Positions 51,840 to 60,548 of a stretch of 64,000 bases of DNA are shown in pieces (positions within the stretch are counted from its first letter, which is position 1; every line of letters starts with the position of its first letter). The notes under the pieces were generated by a model. It searched no databases and was not told where the DNA came from. It worked only from the letters and a program-made list of their open reading frames with translations. Source of the stretch: an uncultured Gammaproteobacteria bacterium. GTDB taxonomy: Bacteria; Pseudomonadota; Gammaproteobacteria; Steroidobacterales; Steroidobacteraceae. The translations under genes and the position numbers were made by a program. The stretch lies in contig CAVOSA010000025.1 of the NCBI GenBank assembly GCA_963698735.1, positions 169 to 64,168 of the forward strand, read 5' to 3'.

Positions 51840-52058
51840 ATGTGGCTGCCGCGCCCGGTGTACGAGGCCATGCCCTATGCGGCGATCGTCGCCGGCGCAG
51901 GGTGCCTGGCGGCGGCGTGGTGGGTGGAGCATTCGCCGCGCAGCCTGCTGTTCGTCGCCGGCGGGGCGCTCGTTACGATCGGCGCGCTGCTCTGGATGAG
52001 GCGGCGCGATTACCGCGCCACGCAGTCGGATTACGACCCGCGCGCAATCGACGAATAA
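51840..52058 (+). CDS. small hypothetical two-TM membrane protein
   Basis: 72 aa with two hydrophobic helices (AAIVAGAGCLAAAWW, LLFVAGGALVTIGALLW). It starts 5 nt after tldD. No family was recognised. Confidence 0.45.
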   Translation: MWLPRPVYEAMPYAAIVAGAGCLAAAWWVEHSPRSLLFVAGGALVTIGALLWMRRRDYRATQSDYDPRAIDE

Positions 52059-53344
52059 GACGACGCGTCGCGTTCCTCATCGTCGGCGTCGGGGTCGTCT
52101 TCATCGGTCTCGTAGTCAGAGTCCTGCAGCACGGTCGTCATCGTCGCGCGGGGGTCTTCGTCCGGCTCGGACGGCAGGTCGGCGCGCGAGTAGGCGAGCT
52201 CGTGCAGGCCGACCTTGATGACGTCGCCGGGCACGAGCTTGTGCTTGCGCACGCGCTTGCCGTTCAGGAACACGCCGTTGGTGCTGTTGAGATCCTCGAC
52301 GACGCAACCGTCGATCGACGTGACGAGCTGCATGTGGTGGCGGCTCACGAACTTGCTGTCCACCTGCATGTCGTTGTCGGTCGTTCGCCCGATCACGAAA
52401 CGCCCCGGCACGAGCAGGGCCCGGTCGAGCTCCACCCCCTTCATCGTCAGCACGATCTGGCCGACCGGCGGCTGCAACTGCGGCGCCGTGTCGTCAATCC
52501 GCGTCGTCGGCAGGTTGGTGTGCGTACGGGCCGCGTACTCCTGCCACTGCAGTTCGCCGAGGGCCTGCCGCACGGTCTCGACGTCGACCAACTCGAGGTC
52601 CTGGCCGAACGCCGCAAGCAGGCAGGTGTCGCAGAGCGTATTGGTCAGGCGAGGGATGCCGCCCGTGTAGCGGAAGATGAGCGGATACGTGTCCGGCGCG
52701 AAGAGTTCGCGGTCCACCACGCCGGCGACGGCGAGGCGATGGCGGACGTATGCGCCCATTTCCTCTTCGGTGAGCGCGGTCAGGTGGAAACGCAGCCGCA
52801 CGCGCTGGCGCAGCTGAATGAGTTCGTCTGAATCGAGCTTCGCGTTCAGCTCCGGCTGGCCGGCGAGGATGATGCGCAGCACCTTCTCCTTCGTCGTTTC
52901 GACGCCGGAGAGCAGCCGTACTTCCTCGAGCACCTTGTTGGAGAGGTTCTGCGCCTCGTCGACGATCAGCAGCACCTTGCGGCCATGCGCGTACTGCTCG
53001 ATCAGGAAGTTGTTGAGCGTGGCGAGCAGCTCGGCCTTGCGCATGCGGAACGGGCTGAAGCCGAACTGCGCAAGCAGGCCCTGCAGGAACTCGATCGGCG
53101 AGACCTGGGTCTGGTTGATCTGGGCGACGACCACGTCCTGGTCGATTTCCCTGAGGAACGACTCGATCAGCGTGGTCTTGCCGGCGCCGATCTCGCCCGT
53201 GATCACGACGAAGCCGTCCGTGAACCAGATCGTCGACTCCATGTACGCCTTGGCGCGGGAGTGAATCTGGCTCGGAAAGAGGAATGCCGGGTCCGGGCTG
53301 AGCCGGAACGGGAGTTCCTTGAGCTTGAAGTGTTCCAGGTACAT
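52031..53344 (-). CDS. ExeA/MshM-type AAA+ ATPase fused to a C-terminal FHA domain and acidic tail
   Basis: 437 aa. The N-terminus MYLEHFKLKELPFRLSPDPAFLF..., Walker A GEIGAGKTT and Walker B LLIVDEAQNL are ExeA/GspA-like. The C-terminus GRFVIGRTTDNDMQVDSKFVSRHHMQL...STNGVFLNGKRV is FHA-like. The final ~45 aa are Asp/Glu-rich. Confidence 0.8.
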   Translation of the reverse strand: MYLEHFKLKELPFRLSPDPAFLFPSQIHSRAKAYMESTIWFTDGFVVITGEIGAGKTTLIESFLREIDQDVVVAQINQTQVSPIEFLQGLLAQFGFSPFRMRKAELLATLNNFLIEQYAHGRKVLLIVDEAQNLSNKVLEEVRLLSGVETTKEKVLRIILAGQPELNAKLDSDELIQLRQRVRLRFHLTALTEEEMGAYVRHRLAVAGVVDRELFAPDTYPLIFRYTGGIPRLTNTLCDTCLLAAFGQDLELVDVETVRQALGELQWQEYAARTHTNLPTTRIDDTAPQLQPPVGQIVLTMKGVELDRALLVPGRFVIGRTTDNDMQVDSKFVSRHHMQLVTSIDGCVVEDLNSTNGVFLNGKRVRKHKLVPGDVIKVGLHELAYSRADLPSEPDEDPRATMTTVLQDSDYETDEDDPDADDEERDASSYSSIARGS

Positions 53345-53459
53345 CGTTGTGCTCGATTCCCCTGCGTACTATACGGGAGCCGGTGGGGGACGAAACCGCG
53401 CGCTCCGTCACATTAAGCCAGCCGGCCATGGCCCGGCCCGGGGGCCGGCAGCCCGTCGT

Positions 53460-54548
53460 TCAGCGCGGCGGGAGCTTGCGCAGGACCTTGCGGACCAGTC
53501 GGTCGCGCTCGACGGCGCTCGTCGCGACGACCGTGCAGTGCCCGATCTTGCGGCCCGGGCGCGGCTCCTTGCCATAGTCGTGCCAATGCACGCCGGGCAG
53601 CGCCAGGATGGCGTCGCGGGCTGGCAGCCGGCCGATGAAGTTCAGCATTGCGCAGTGGCCGACCGGGCTTGTGTCGCCCAGCGGCAGGCCGAGGATCGCG
53701 CGCAGGTGGTTCTCGAACTGCGAAGTGGCAGCGCCTTCGATGGTCCAGTGTCCCGAGTTGTGCACGCGCGGTGCCATCTCGTTCGCGACCAGCTTGCCCT
53801 TGCGGACGAAGAACTCGATCGTGAGCACGCCCGCGTAGTCGAAATGCCGGAGCACGCGCCTGAGGAGGACTTCGGCCGCCTTCTGCAGCGCCGGGTTGCG
53901 GTGCGGAGCCAGGGTCACGCGCAAAATGCCGTCCCGATGCGTATTGGCGACAATCGGGTAGGCGCGCATTTCGCCCGTCGTACCGCGCACGCCGACGATC
54001 GACACTTCACGTTCGAAATCGATGAAACCTTCGAGGATCAGCGGCGCACTGCCGAGAGCGTCCCACGCGGGCTCGATGTCGGCGGGCTTGCGCAGGTAGC
54101 GCTGCCCCTTGCCGTCGTAACCGAGACGCCGCGTCTTGAGCACGCAGGGCAGGCCGAGCTGCTTCACGGCCGCGCGCAGGTCGTCGAGCGAATCGACCGC
54201 GCAGAACGGAGGCGTCGGGATCCTCAGCTGCGTGAACAGCTGCTTCTCGAGCAGGCGGTCCTGCGACACTCGCAACGCCTCGACAGGCGGCCACACCGGG
54301 CGTGTCGCCGCGACTTTCTCCAGCGCCGCGACCGGCACATTCTCGAATTCGTAGGTGACCAGGTCGACCTCGGCCGCGAGCCGTTCGAGGCTGCGTGGAT
54401 CGTCGAACGCGCCGGTGACGATCGGAGCGACCTGTCCACCGGGTGAATCCGCGGTGGAATCCAGGAACACGAACTGCTGCGCGAGCGGATAGCCCGCGAG
54501 GGCCAGCATGCGTCCGAGCTGGCCCGCTCCGATGATGCCGATCTTCAT
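53460..54548 (-). CDS. purK: 5-(carboxyamino)imidazole ribonucleotide synthase
   Basis: 362 aa, [19 protein letters not shown]..., ATP-grasp fold. It is adjacent to purE. Confidence 0.95.
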   Translation of the reverse strand: MKIGIIGAGQLGRMLALAGYPLAQQFVFLDSTADSPGGQVAPIVTGAFDDPRSLERLAAEVDLVTYEFENVPVAALEKVAATRPVWPPVEALRVSQDRLLEKQLFTQLRIPTPPFCAVDSLDDLRAAVKQLGLPCVLKTRRLGYDGKGQRYLRKPADIEPAWDALGSAPLILEGFIDFEREVSIVGVRGTTGEMRAYPIVANTHRDGILRVTLAPHRNPALQKAAEVLLRRVLRHFDYAGVLTIEFFVRKGKLVANEMAPRVHNSGHWTIEGAATSQFENHLRAILGLPLGDTSPVGHCAMLNFIGRLPARDAILALPGVHWHDYGKEPRPGRKIGHCTVVATSAVERDRLVRKVLRKLPPR

Positions 54549-55051
54549 GTGGAGATGATCGGGGGGCTGCGCGGGTCTGGCTGGGCCAGGACCTTGTCGG
54601 TCTGCGCGGCCCGGAAAGCATCCAGCGCGGCGCGGATCCGCGGGTCAGTGTTGGCCAGGATCGAAGCGGCCAGCAGCGCCGCGTTGGTTGCGCCCGCTGC
54701 CCCGATGGCCAGCGTGCCGACAGGGATGCCGGCCGGCATCTGCACGATGGCGAGCAGGGAATCGAGGCCGTTCAGGGTCTTTGACTGCACGGGCACGCCG
54801 AGCACGGGCAGCGACGTCTTGGATGCGCACATGCCGGGCAGGTGGGCCGCGCCGCCGGCTCCCGCGATGATGACCTGCAGGCCACGTTCGCGCGCGGTGG
54901 AGGCATAGTCGAACAGGAGGTCGGGTGTGCGATGCGCGGAGACGACGCGCACCTCGTGCGGGACGCCGAGACGCTCGAGCATCTCGGCTGCGTTCTTCAG
55001 GGTGTCCCAGTCGGACGTGGACCCCATGATGATGCCAACGAGCGGTTTCAC
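54545..55051 (-). CDS. purE: 5-(carboxyamino)imidazole ribonucleotide mutase
   Basis: 168 aa from an internal GTG ([15 protein letters not shown]...VVSAHRTPD...[14 protein letters not shown]...). The longer ORF 54545..55306 overlaps yjgA and is not supported. Confidence 0.93.
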   Translation of the reverse strand: MKPLVGIIMGSTSDWDTLKNAAEMLERLGVPHEVRVVSAHRTPDLLFDYASTARERGLQVIIAGAGGAAHLPGMCASKTSLPVLGVPVQSKTLNGLDSLLAIVQMPAGIPVGTLAIGAAGATNAALLAASILANTDPRIRAALDAFRAAQTDKVLAQPDPRSPPIIST

Positions 55052-55082
55052 CGGGCCATTGTACAGATGGCCGGGAAAATCG

Positions 55083-55640
55083 CTAAGTCTGCGGCTTTTC
55101 GAGCGCTTCCCGCAGGCGCCGGAACAGCTGCCGGGAGGCCGCGGGCGGCCGTGAGGCGGCCTGTTCGGCGCGGGCCTGCCGGGCGAGCGACCGCAACTGC
55201 TGCAGGGAGGCGGGATCGACATGGCCGGCCAGTTCCGTCCACGCCGCGGGCTCGTCGGCCACCAGCCGCTCGCGCCACTGTTCCAGGACGTGCTCCCGGC
55301 GCACACGCTGGCGGTCCATTTCGCTGCGCCGCTCGAGCGTCGCGCGGATGGGTTCGACGTCCACGCCGCGCATCACCTTCGCGATGTACATCTCCTGCCG
55401 CAGTTTCGCGCCGTGGCTGGTGATCTTGCGGCAGGCCATGACGGCGTCGTAGAGCTTTTCCGGCAGGGCCATCGCCTCGAGCTCGGCGGCCGGCAGCTCC
55501 ACGAGCGCGACGCCGATGTCGCGCAACTCGCGGTCCTGCCGCTTCAGCGCGCTCTTGCTCGGGCCTTCAGCGAGGCCCTGCTCGTCGGCCTCGTCGTGCC
55601 TACCGCCGTCTTCGCCCGGAAATGCGTGCCTGCGCGCCAT
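55083..55640 (-). CDS. yjgA: ribosome-associated protein YjgA/DarP (DUF615)
   Basis: 185 aa, ...[24 protein letters not shown]...[12 protein letters not shown].... It is divergent from pmbA, as in E. coli. Confidence 0.8.
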   Translation of the reverse strand: MARRHAFPGEDGGRHDEADEQGLAEGPSKSALKRQDRELRDIGVALVELPAAELEAMALPEKLYDAVMACRKITSHGAKLRQEMYIAKVMRGVDVEPIRATLERRSEMDRQRVRREHVLEQWRERLVADEPAAWTELAGHVDPASLQQLRSLARQARAEQAASRPPAASRQLFRRLREALEKPQT

Positions 55641-55744
55641 GAATCCGCCCTTTTTCGGATGCTAGCACGCAGGGCGGAGGACTGGACCGCTGCTAGAATC
55701 GCAACCCTGCCCGAGGGCACCCTGACCATGGACGCCGCCGCACG

Positions 55745-57112
55745 ATGAGCACGACTGCTGTCCCCACGGACCATTCCCCGGCACTGACCGCAGACGGCGC
55801 CGACCTGCTCGCACTCGTCGAACTTGCGCTCAGTGAAGCCCGTGTCCTCGGCGCGAGCCAGGCCGAGGCTGCGATCAGCATGGACGTCGGGTTGAGCGTC
55901 AGTGCGCGGCTCGGGGAGGTCGAGACCATCGAGTACCAGCGCGACCGCGGCATGGGCGTTACCGTGTACTTCGGCACGCGCAAGGGCAGCGCGAGCACGG
56001 GCGACCTCGGCGCGAATGCGCTGCGCGAGACCGTCGCCAAAGCCTGCACGATCGCGAAGTTCACGGCGGAGGACCCCTGCGCGGGCCTGCCCGATCCGGA
56101 GGACCTCGCGCAGGACGTGCCGAACCTCGACCTCTCGCACCCGTGGAACATTTCGCCGGAACAGGCGTGCGAGATGGCGATCGCGTGCGAAGCCGCGGCC
56201 ATGGCCGTGGACCCGAAGCGCATCACCAATTCCGAGGGCGCGGCCGTCAGTACGCACCGCGGGTTGCGCGCGTATGGCAACTCGCTCGGTTTCCTCGCGG
56301 CCTATCCCGGCACCGTGCACAGCGTGAGCTGCTCGGTGCTCGGCAGCGAAGGCGAGCAGATGGAGCGCGACTACTGGTACAGCACGTTGCGCGACTGGCG
56401 CGAGCTGGAATCCGCGGCAAGCGTTGGCCGCCGCGCGGGTGAGCGGACGGTCGGTCGCCTTGGCGCGCGCAAGCTCCCGACGATGAAAGCGCCGGTGCTG
56501 TTTTCGCCGGACGTTGCACGCGGCCTCATCGGGCACTACATCGGCGCGATACGCGGCGGCAGCCAGTATCGTCGCTCGTCGTTCCTGCTCGACGCTGCAG
56601 GCCAGAGGGTTTTCCCGGACTGGTTCGCGTTGTCGGAGCGCCCCCACCTGCAGAAAGCGCTGGCGAGCGCGCCGTTCGACCACGAAGGCGTCACGACGCG
56701 GGACCGGGAACTCGTCGAAGGCGGTGTGATGCTCGGCTACGTGTTGAGCACGTATTCGGCGCGCAAGCTCGGCCTGCGCACGACCGGCAATGCCGGCGGC
56801 ACGCACAACCTGCTGGTGCACGGGCGCGGCCGCGATTTCGACGGCATGCTCAAGCTCATGGGCCGCGGCCTGTACGTGACGGAACTGATGGGGCAGGGCG
56901 TCAACGGCGTGACGGGCGATTACTCGCGCGGCGCGGCCGGCTTCTGGGTCGAGGACGGGCGCCTGACGTACCCGGTGCACGAAGTGACGATCGCCGGCAA
57001 CCTGAAGGACATGTACCAGAAGATCGTCGATGTCGGGTCGGACATCGACGTCCGCGGCGGAATCCGCACCGGGTCGATACTCATCGAAGAGATGACCATC
57101 GCCGGGGAGTGA
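55745..57112 (+). CDS. pmbA: metalloprotease PmbA (TldE)
   Basis: 455 aa. It belongs to the TldD/PmbA family (...GMGVTVYFGTRKGSASTGDL...LVHGRGRDFDGMLKLMGRGLYVTELMGQGVN...). Confidence 0.93.
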   Translation: MSTTAVPTDHSPALTADGADLLALVELALSEARVLGASQAEAAISMDVGLSVSARLGEVETIEYQRDRGMGVTVYFGTRKGSASTGDLGANALRETVAKACTIAKFTAEDPCAGLPDPEDLAQDVPNLDLSHPWNISPEQACEMAIACEAAAMAVDPKRITNSEGAAVSTHRGLRAYGNSLGFLAAYPGTVHSVSCSVLGSEGEQMERDYWYSTLRDWRELESAASVGRRAGERTVGRLGARKLPTMKAPVLFSPDVARGLIGHYIGAIRGGSQYRRSSFLLDAAGQRVFPDWFALSERPHLQKALASAPFDHEGVTTRDRELVEGGVMLGYVLSTYSARKLGLRTTGNAGGTHNLLVHGRGRDFDGMLKLMGRGLYVTELMGQGVNGVTGDYSRGAAGFWVEDGRLTYPVHEVTIAGNLKDMYQKIVDVGSDIDVRGGIRTGSILIEEMTIAGE

Positions 57113-57117
57113 GGCTT

Positions 57118-57253
57118 CCTCTCCGGCTTCTGCGGGAGAGGTCGACCCAGGCGCCGTGTGCTAGGCGTTCGATCCGACATGTCCTGTCGCGCTCGGAAAG
57201 GCAGACCCGCGCGCGCCAGGACATGTCGGATCGAACACCTGGGTCGACCTCTC
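57118..57253. repeat. large imperfect palindromic element, copy A (REP/MITE-like; probable terminator of pmbA)
   Basis: Small hairpin CCTCTCC-GGCTTCTGC-GGGAGAGG (57118-57141). Then an outer stem GAGAGGTCGACCCAGG paired with CCTGGGTCGACCTCTC, and a 23-bp inner stem GGCGTTCGATCCGACATGTCCTG paired with CAGGACATGTCGGATCGAACACC around a 30-nt loop. Confidence 0.75.
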
Positions 57254-57488
57254 GAGCTCAAGCGGTATTACGGAGAGAAGGCCGACGGATTCGCGTCGGG
57301 AGACAAGGCACAGCCAGGCGGAGGTTCGAGGGCCAAGTCGGCCTGCCGGATCGCCCGGCCCGGGCTCTGCGCCCGCGGTAGACCGATCAGTGACTTTGGG
57401 ATAAGAAAGCAGACGTTCGCGTAGGCTCACCATCGGCCACGTGCAGACGGTCGCCACAGGCCGCATCCCGGTTGCCATTGGCTTTAAC

Positions 57489-57504
57489 GTATATACGTAT
57501 ATAC
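57489..57504 (+). promoter_or_regulatory. tandem palindromic octamers GTATATAC-GTATATAC (candidate TA operator) within a candidate promoter
   Basis: The sequence is read directly. It overlaps TTGGCT (57478-57483), an 18-nt spacer and TACAAT (57502-57507), just upstream of the BrnT-like GTG at 57513. Confidence 0.45.
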
Positions 57505-57512
57505 AATAAGCC

Positions 57513-57784
57513 GTGCCCATCAGTTTCGACCCGCGAAAGAATGAGCGGAACATAGCCGAGCGCGACCTGTCGTCGAGCTGGTCGAGGAGTTTGAATGGGA
57601 CAGTGCGCTTGTCGTCGAAGACGTACGTAGGGACTACGGCGAGCGACGATTCCAGGCACTGGGCATGATCACGGGCAGACTGCACGCACTGGTGTTCACT
57701 CCGCGTGCAGGGAGCGTTCACGTGATCAGTCTCCGCATGGCAAATCGACGTGAGATCAGACACTATGAAGCGCAAGACAGTTAA
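57513..57784 (+). pseudogene. brnT: BrnT-like (DUF497) toxin gene, one frame break near 57572
   Basis: VPISFDPRKNERNIAERDLS is in frame 0. VELVEEFEWDSALVVEDVRRDYGERRFQALGMITGRLHALVFTPRAGSVHVISLRMANRREIRHYEAQDS-stop is in frame 2. It is not in the ORF track because neither piece is a long ATG-initiated ORF. Adding one base gives about 90 aa. Confidence 0.7.
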
Positions 57785-58057
57785 AGCGCGGACAGATCGC
57801 AGAGAACCCCGAGTGGAAGAGGGCCACGTTCGCGAAAGCGAAAGCCGTGCCAGTGAGATTCTTCCGGAATTGTTTGGGGCGCCCGCCGCAAGGCGACTGC
57901 TGAAGCCACGTGGACGGCCGAAGTCTGGAACCGCGCGGACGTCGATCTCGATCCGCTGCCACCGGACACATTAGCGAGATGGAAGGCTTCGGGTCCGGGG
58001 TGGCAAACCCGAATGGCTGAAGCATTGGATAAGGCGATTCGACGGAATGCAGCCTAA
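57765..58057 (+). pseudogene. brnA: BrnA-like (DUF4415) antitoxin gene, three frame breaks (about 57789, 57853, 57956)
   Basis: MKRKTVKA is in frame 0. GQIAENPEWKRATFAKAKAVP is in frame 1. EILPELFGAPAARRLLKPRGRPKSGTARTSISIR is in frame 0. LPPDTLARWKASGPGWQTRMAEALDKAIRRNAA-stop (TAA 58055-58057) is in frame 2. Its start overlaps the toxin 3' end by 20 nt. Confidence 0.65.
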
Positions 58058-58384
58058 CCCGCAGTCGCGTAAATCACGTGCGACCGCAGCGGGTCGAAAT
58101 TCCCCGTTGATCGTCCGCTATCGGGGACGGACCGCACGGGTGGAAATTCAAGATGAAAGGCGACGAAAAACGCGAGTGCGGGTCGCCACGCGAAGATCGG
58201 AAAATCCTCGTGACAATTTCCGCTTGGTCCGACTCTGTGTTGCGCTTTCGACACCAGTTTGATCGGTAACGCCATCTCCCAATCCTTAGTCTGCCTGCTG
58301 GCTTGTGTACTGAACTCCGTAAATCGGCTTCAGTGGGAGTGGGTCGGATGAGGGCGGCGCGGAATTACATGCGCCGTGCGATCT

Positions 58385-58551
58385 TTCCCGGCTCTGCGGG
58401 AAGGGGCGCTCAGGCGCGTGATGTCGGGCGTCCGATCCGGTGTGTCATGGCGCGCGCGTGTCTGCCTTTCCAAGCGCGACAGGACACACCGGATTGGACG
58501 CCAGGACCCTAAAGCGTTCTAACGCGTCCTCTCCCGCAGAAACGGGAGAGG
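58385..58551. repeat. large imperfect palindromic element, copy B (inverted relative to copy A)
   Basis: The reverse complement of 58425-58506 aligns with 57163-57238 of copy A, including the asymmetric loop (GTCGCGCTTGGAAAGGCAGACACGCGCGCGCC versus GTCGCGCTCGGAAAGGCAGACCCGCGCGCGCC). Small hairpins lie at 58385-58402 and 58528-58551 (CCTCTCC-CGCAGAAAC-GGGAGAGG). Confidence 0.75.
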
Positions 58552-58557
58552 TGCAGG

Positions 58558-59064
58558 TCACAGCGCGCCGATGAAATCCTTCTTGCCGATGCCCACGCCG
58601 CAATGGCGCAGGATCGCGTACGTCGACGTGCAGTGGAAGTACACGTTCGGCGTCACGTACTCGAGCAGGTACTGCAGGCCCGGGTAGCTGACGTCGCCCG
58701 TCGGGCGCTTCAACACGATGGTCTTGTCCTCGGTGCCGTCGATCTGTCCCGGCTTGAAGCTCTCGAGGTAGGCGATGCACCTTTCGACGCGTGCGACGAG
58801 TTCGCCAAATGTCGCTTCCTTGTCCTCGTACGCAGGGATTTCGACGCCGGCCAGGCGCGACGCGCAGCCCTTGGCCATGTCGGTCGCAATCTGCACCTGC
58901 CGAGTCAGCGCGAACATGTCGGGCGCGAGCCGGTAGTTGAGCAGCACCGCCGGATCGATCTTGCGCTCCGCGGCGTTCGTCTCGGCCTTCTTCAGGATGG
59001 CGACCAGGTTGCGCAGGGCGCGGGCAAAGACGGGGACCGAGGCGCGGTACATCGAGATCTGCAT
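58558..59064 (-). CDS. DUF1993 domain-containing protein
   Basis: 168 aa, MQISMYRASVPVFARALRNLVAILKKAE...YLLEYVTPNVYFHCTSTYAILRHCGVGIGKKDFIG, typical of the DUF1993 family. Confidence 0.8.
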   Translation of the reverse strand: MQISMYRASVPVFARALRNLVAILKKAETNAAERKIDPAVLLNYRLAPDMFALTRQVQIATDMAKGCASRLAGVEIPAYEDKEATFGELVARVERCIAYLESFKPGQIDGTEDKTIVLKRPTGDVSYPGLQYLLEYVTPNVYFHCTSTYAILRHCGVGIGKKDFIGAL

Positions 59065-59090
59065 GGGTGTCCTCCAGAAGGGGGGCGAGT

Positions 59091-60548
59091 CTAACCCACC
59101 ACTTCGCCGGCGCGGGGCGATTCGGGGTTGCGCAGCAGGTCGCGCAGCGTCGTCTGCGACAGGCTGGCGCGCATCGCGTCGTCGGCCAGGCGGGCGGCAT
59201 TGTCGGCCGGGGGCAACCGCCTGGGCTCGGGGCTGCGCGGGTTCGGCGTTTCATGCCGGACAGCGTCGAGGATTTCTGCGAGCGTGATGCTGCCGAGGTC
59301 GCGGCCCGGGGCCACGGTGTCGTCCTCGGCCGTGAGCACGAGGCCGCGGTGCTCCAGCAGCGACAACTCGCCGTCGAGCACCGACGCGGGCACGTCCATG
59401 TGGTCGGCGAGGTCCGACACCTTCCAGCGCGGTCCGCCCGCGACGAAGCGCTCGCCGAGCAGGTACATCGCGCCCAGCGCGATGCGTTCGCGCAGCGCGC
59501 TGGTGATTGGAATCTCGCCGTGACCGGTGCGCAGGTGCTCCGGGTGCTGCACGTAGAAGCTCAGCTGCCCGCCGAGCAGCATGATCAGCCAGCTCAGGTG
59601 CAGCCAGACCATGAACAGCAGCACGATCGCGAAGCCGGCATAGATCGCCGCGGCCTGCGTCGCGTACACGGCGATGCGAGTGAAGATTGCGCCGACGCCG
59701 ACCCACGCAGCGCCGCCGAACAGGGCGCCGATGAACGCCGCACGCCAGCGCACGCGCGTGTTCGGCATGTAGATGTACAGGAACCAGAACAGGCCGATGA
59801 TCAGCAGGTATGGCGCGTAGTGACCGCGCAGACCCTGCGTACCGGCCAGCCCCGAGACCCGCGCCATCATGGCGCTGGTCTCGATGCGCGTCAGCAGCAC
59901 CATCGCGGCAACCATCAGGACCGGCCCGACGAGCATGATGACCAAGTATTCGGTAACGCGCCGGGCGAGGCTGCGCGGCCGCTCGACGTGCCAGGTGAAG
60001 TTGAGCGCACCCTCGATCTTTTCGATCATCACGATCACGGTGTAGACCAGGATCACGAAACCGACCGTACCGAGCACCGTCGTCTGCGCGTTCTCGACGA
60101 ACTGCATGAACTTGACCGTGAGTTCGGTGCCTTTCTCGCCGAGTGGCCGCAGGAACTCTGCCAGCACGGGCTCGAGCTCGCGGTGGTAGCCGAAGGCCTT
60201 GAGCACCGAGAACGAGACCGCGACGACCGGCACCAGCGCGAACAGCGACGAATACACGAGGCCCATGGCGCGCAGGCCGAGGTCGCCGCCGAACAGGTCG
60301 CGCAGCAGCGCATAGGCGTACCGCAGCGGGGTCGCGACCAGCTGGACCACGCGGCTCCCGGTCTGCTCCGGCCAGTCGAACAGCCAGTGTTCGAAGCGAT
60401 GCTGCAGCGTGCGGAAGGGGATGAGGGTGTCGGTCAAGAACAATCCAGTGGCGGTGGGCGGCGAAAGCGTTGCATGGCTTGCCACCGCAGGCAAGCTCAG
60501 ACCGGTTCTCGGGCACAATGCCGTGACCCGGACGAATCCAGCCGGCAA
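59091..60548 (-). CDS. YihY/BrkB family inner-membrane protein with a C-terminal soluble extension
   Basis: ...LGLRAMGLVYSSLFALVPVVAVSFSVLKAF...LNFTWHVERPRS...VLLFMVWLHLSWLIMLLGGQLSF... is the YihY core. A C-terminal region of about 120 aa follows. The start is uncertain; an alternative TTG lies at 60443. Confidence 0.8.
   Translation of the reverse strand: MPAGFVRVTALCPRTGLSLPAVASHATLSPPTATGLFLTDTLIPFRTLQHRFEHWLFDWPEQTGSRVVQLVATPLRYAYALLRDLFGGDLGLRAMGLVYSSLFALVPVVAVSFSVLKAFGYHRELEPVLAEFLRPLGEKGTELTVKFMQFVENAQTTVLGTVGFVILVYTVIVMIEKIEGALNFTWHVERPRSLARRVTEYLVIMLVGPVLMVAAMVLLTRIETSAMMARVSGLAGTQGLRGHYAPYLLIIGLFWFLYIYMPNTRVRWRAAFIGALFGGAAWVGVGAIFTRIAVYATQAAAIYAGFAIVLLFMVWLHLSWLIMLLGGQLSFYVQHPEHLRTGHGEIPITSALRERIALGAMYLLGERFVAGGPRWKVSDLADHMDVPASVLDGELSLLEHRGLVLTAEDDTVAPGRDLGSITLAEILDAVRHETPNPRSPEPRRLPPADNAARLADDAMRASLSQTTLRDLLRNPESPRAGEVVG

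Noticed and set aside
57161-57775. 204-aa minus-strand ORF covering palindromic element A and the TA locus, plus the small ORFs 57750..57974(+), 58047..58262(+) and 58054..58275(-).
   Set aside because: The 204-aa ORF runs antisense through a palindromic repeat and the BrnT-like sequence and resembles no family. 57750..57974 is only the middle frame segment of the broken BrnA-like gene. The others look compositionally random.
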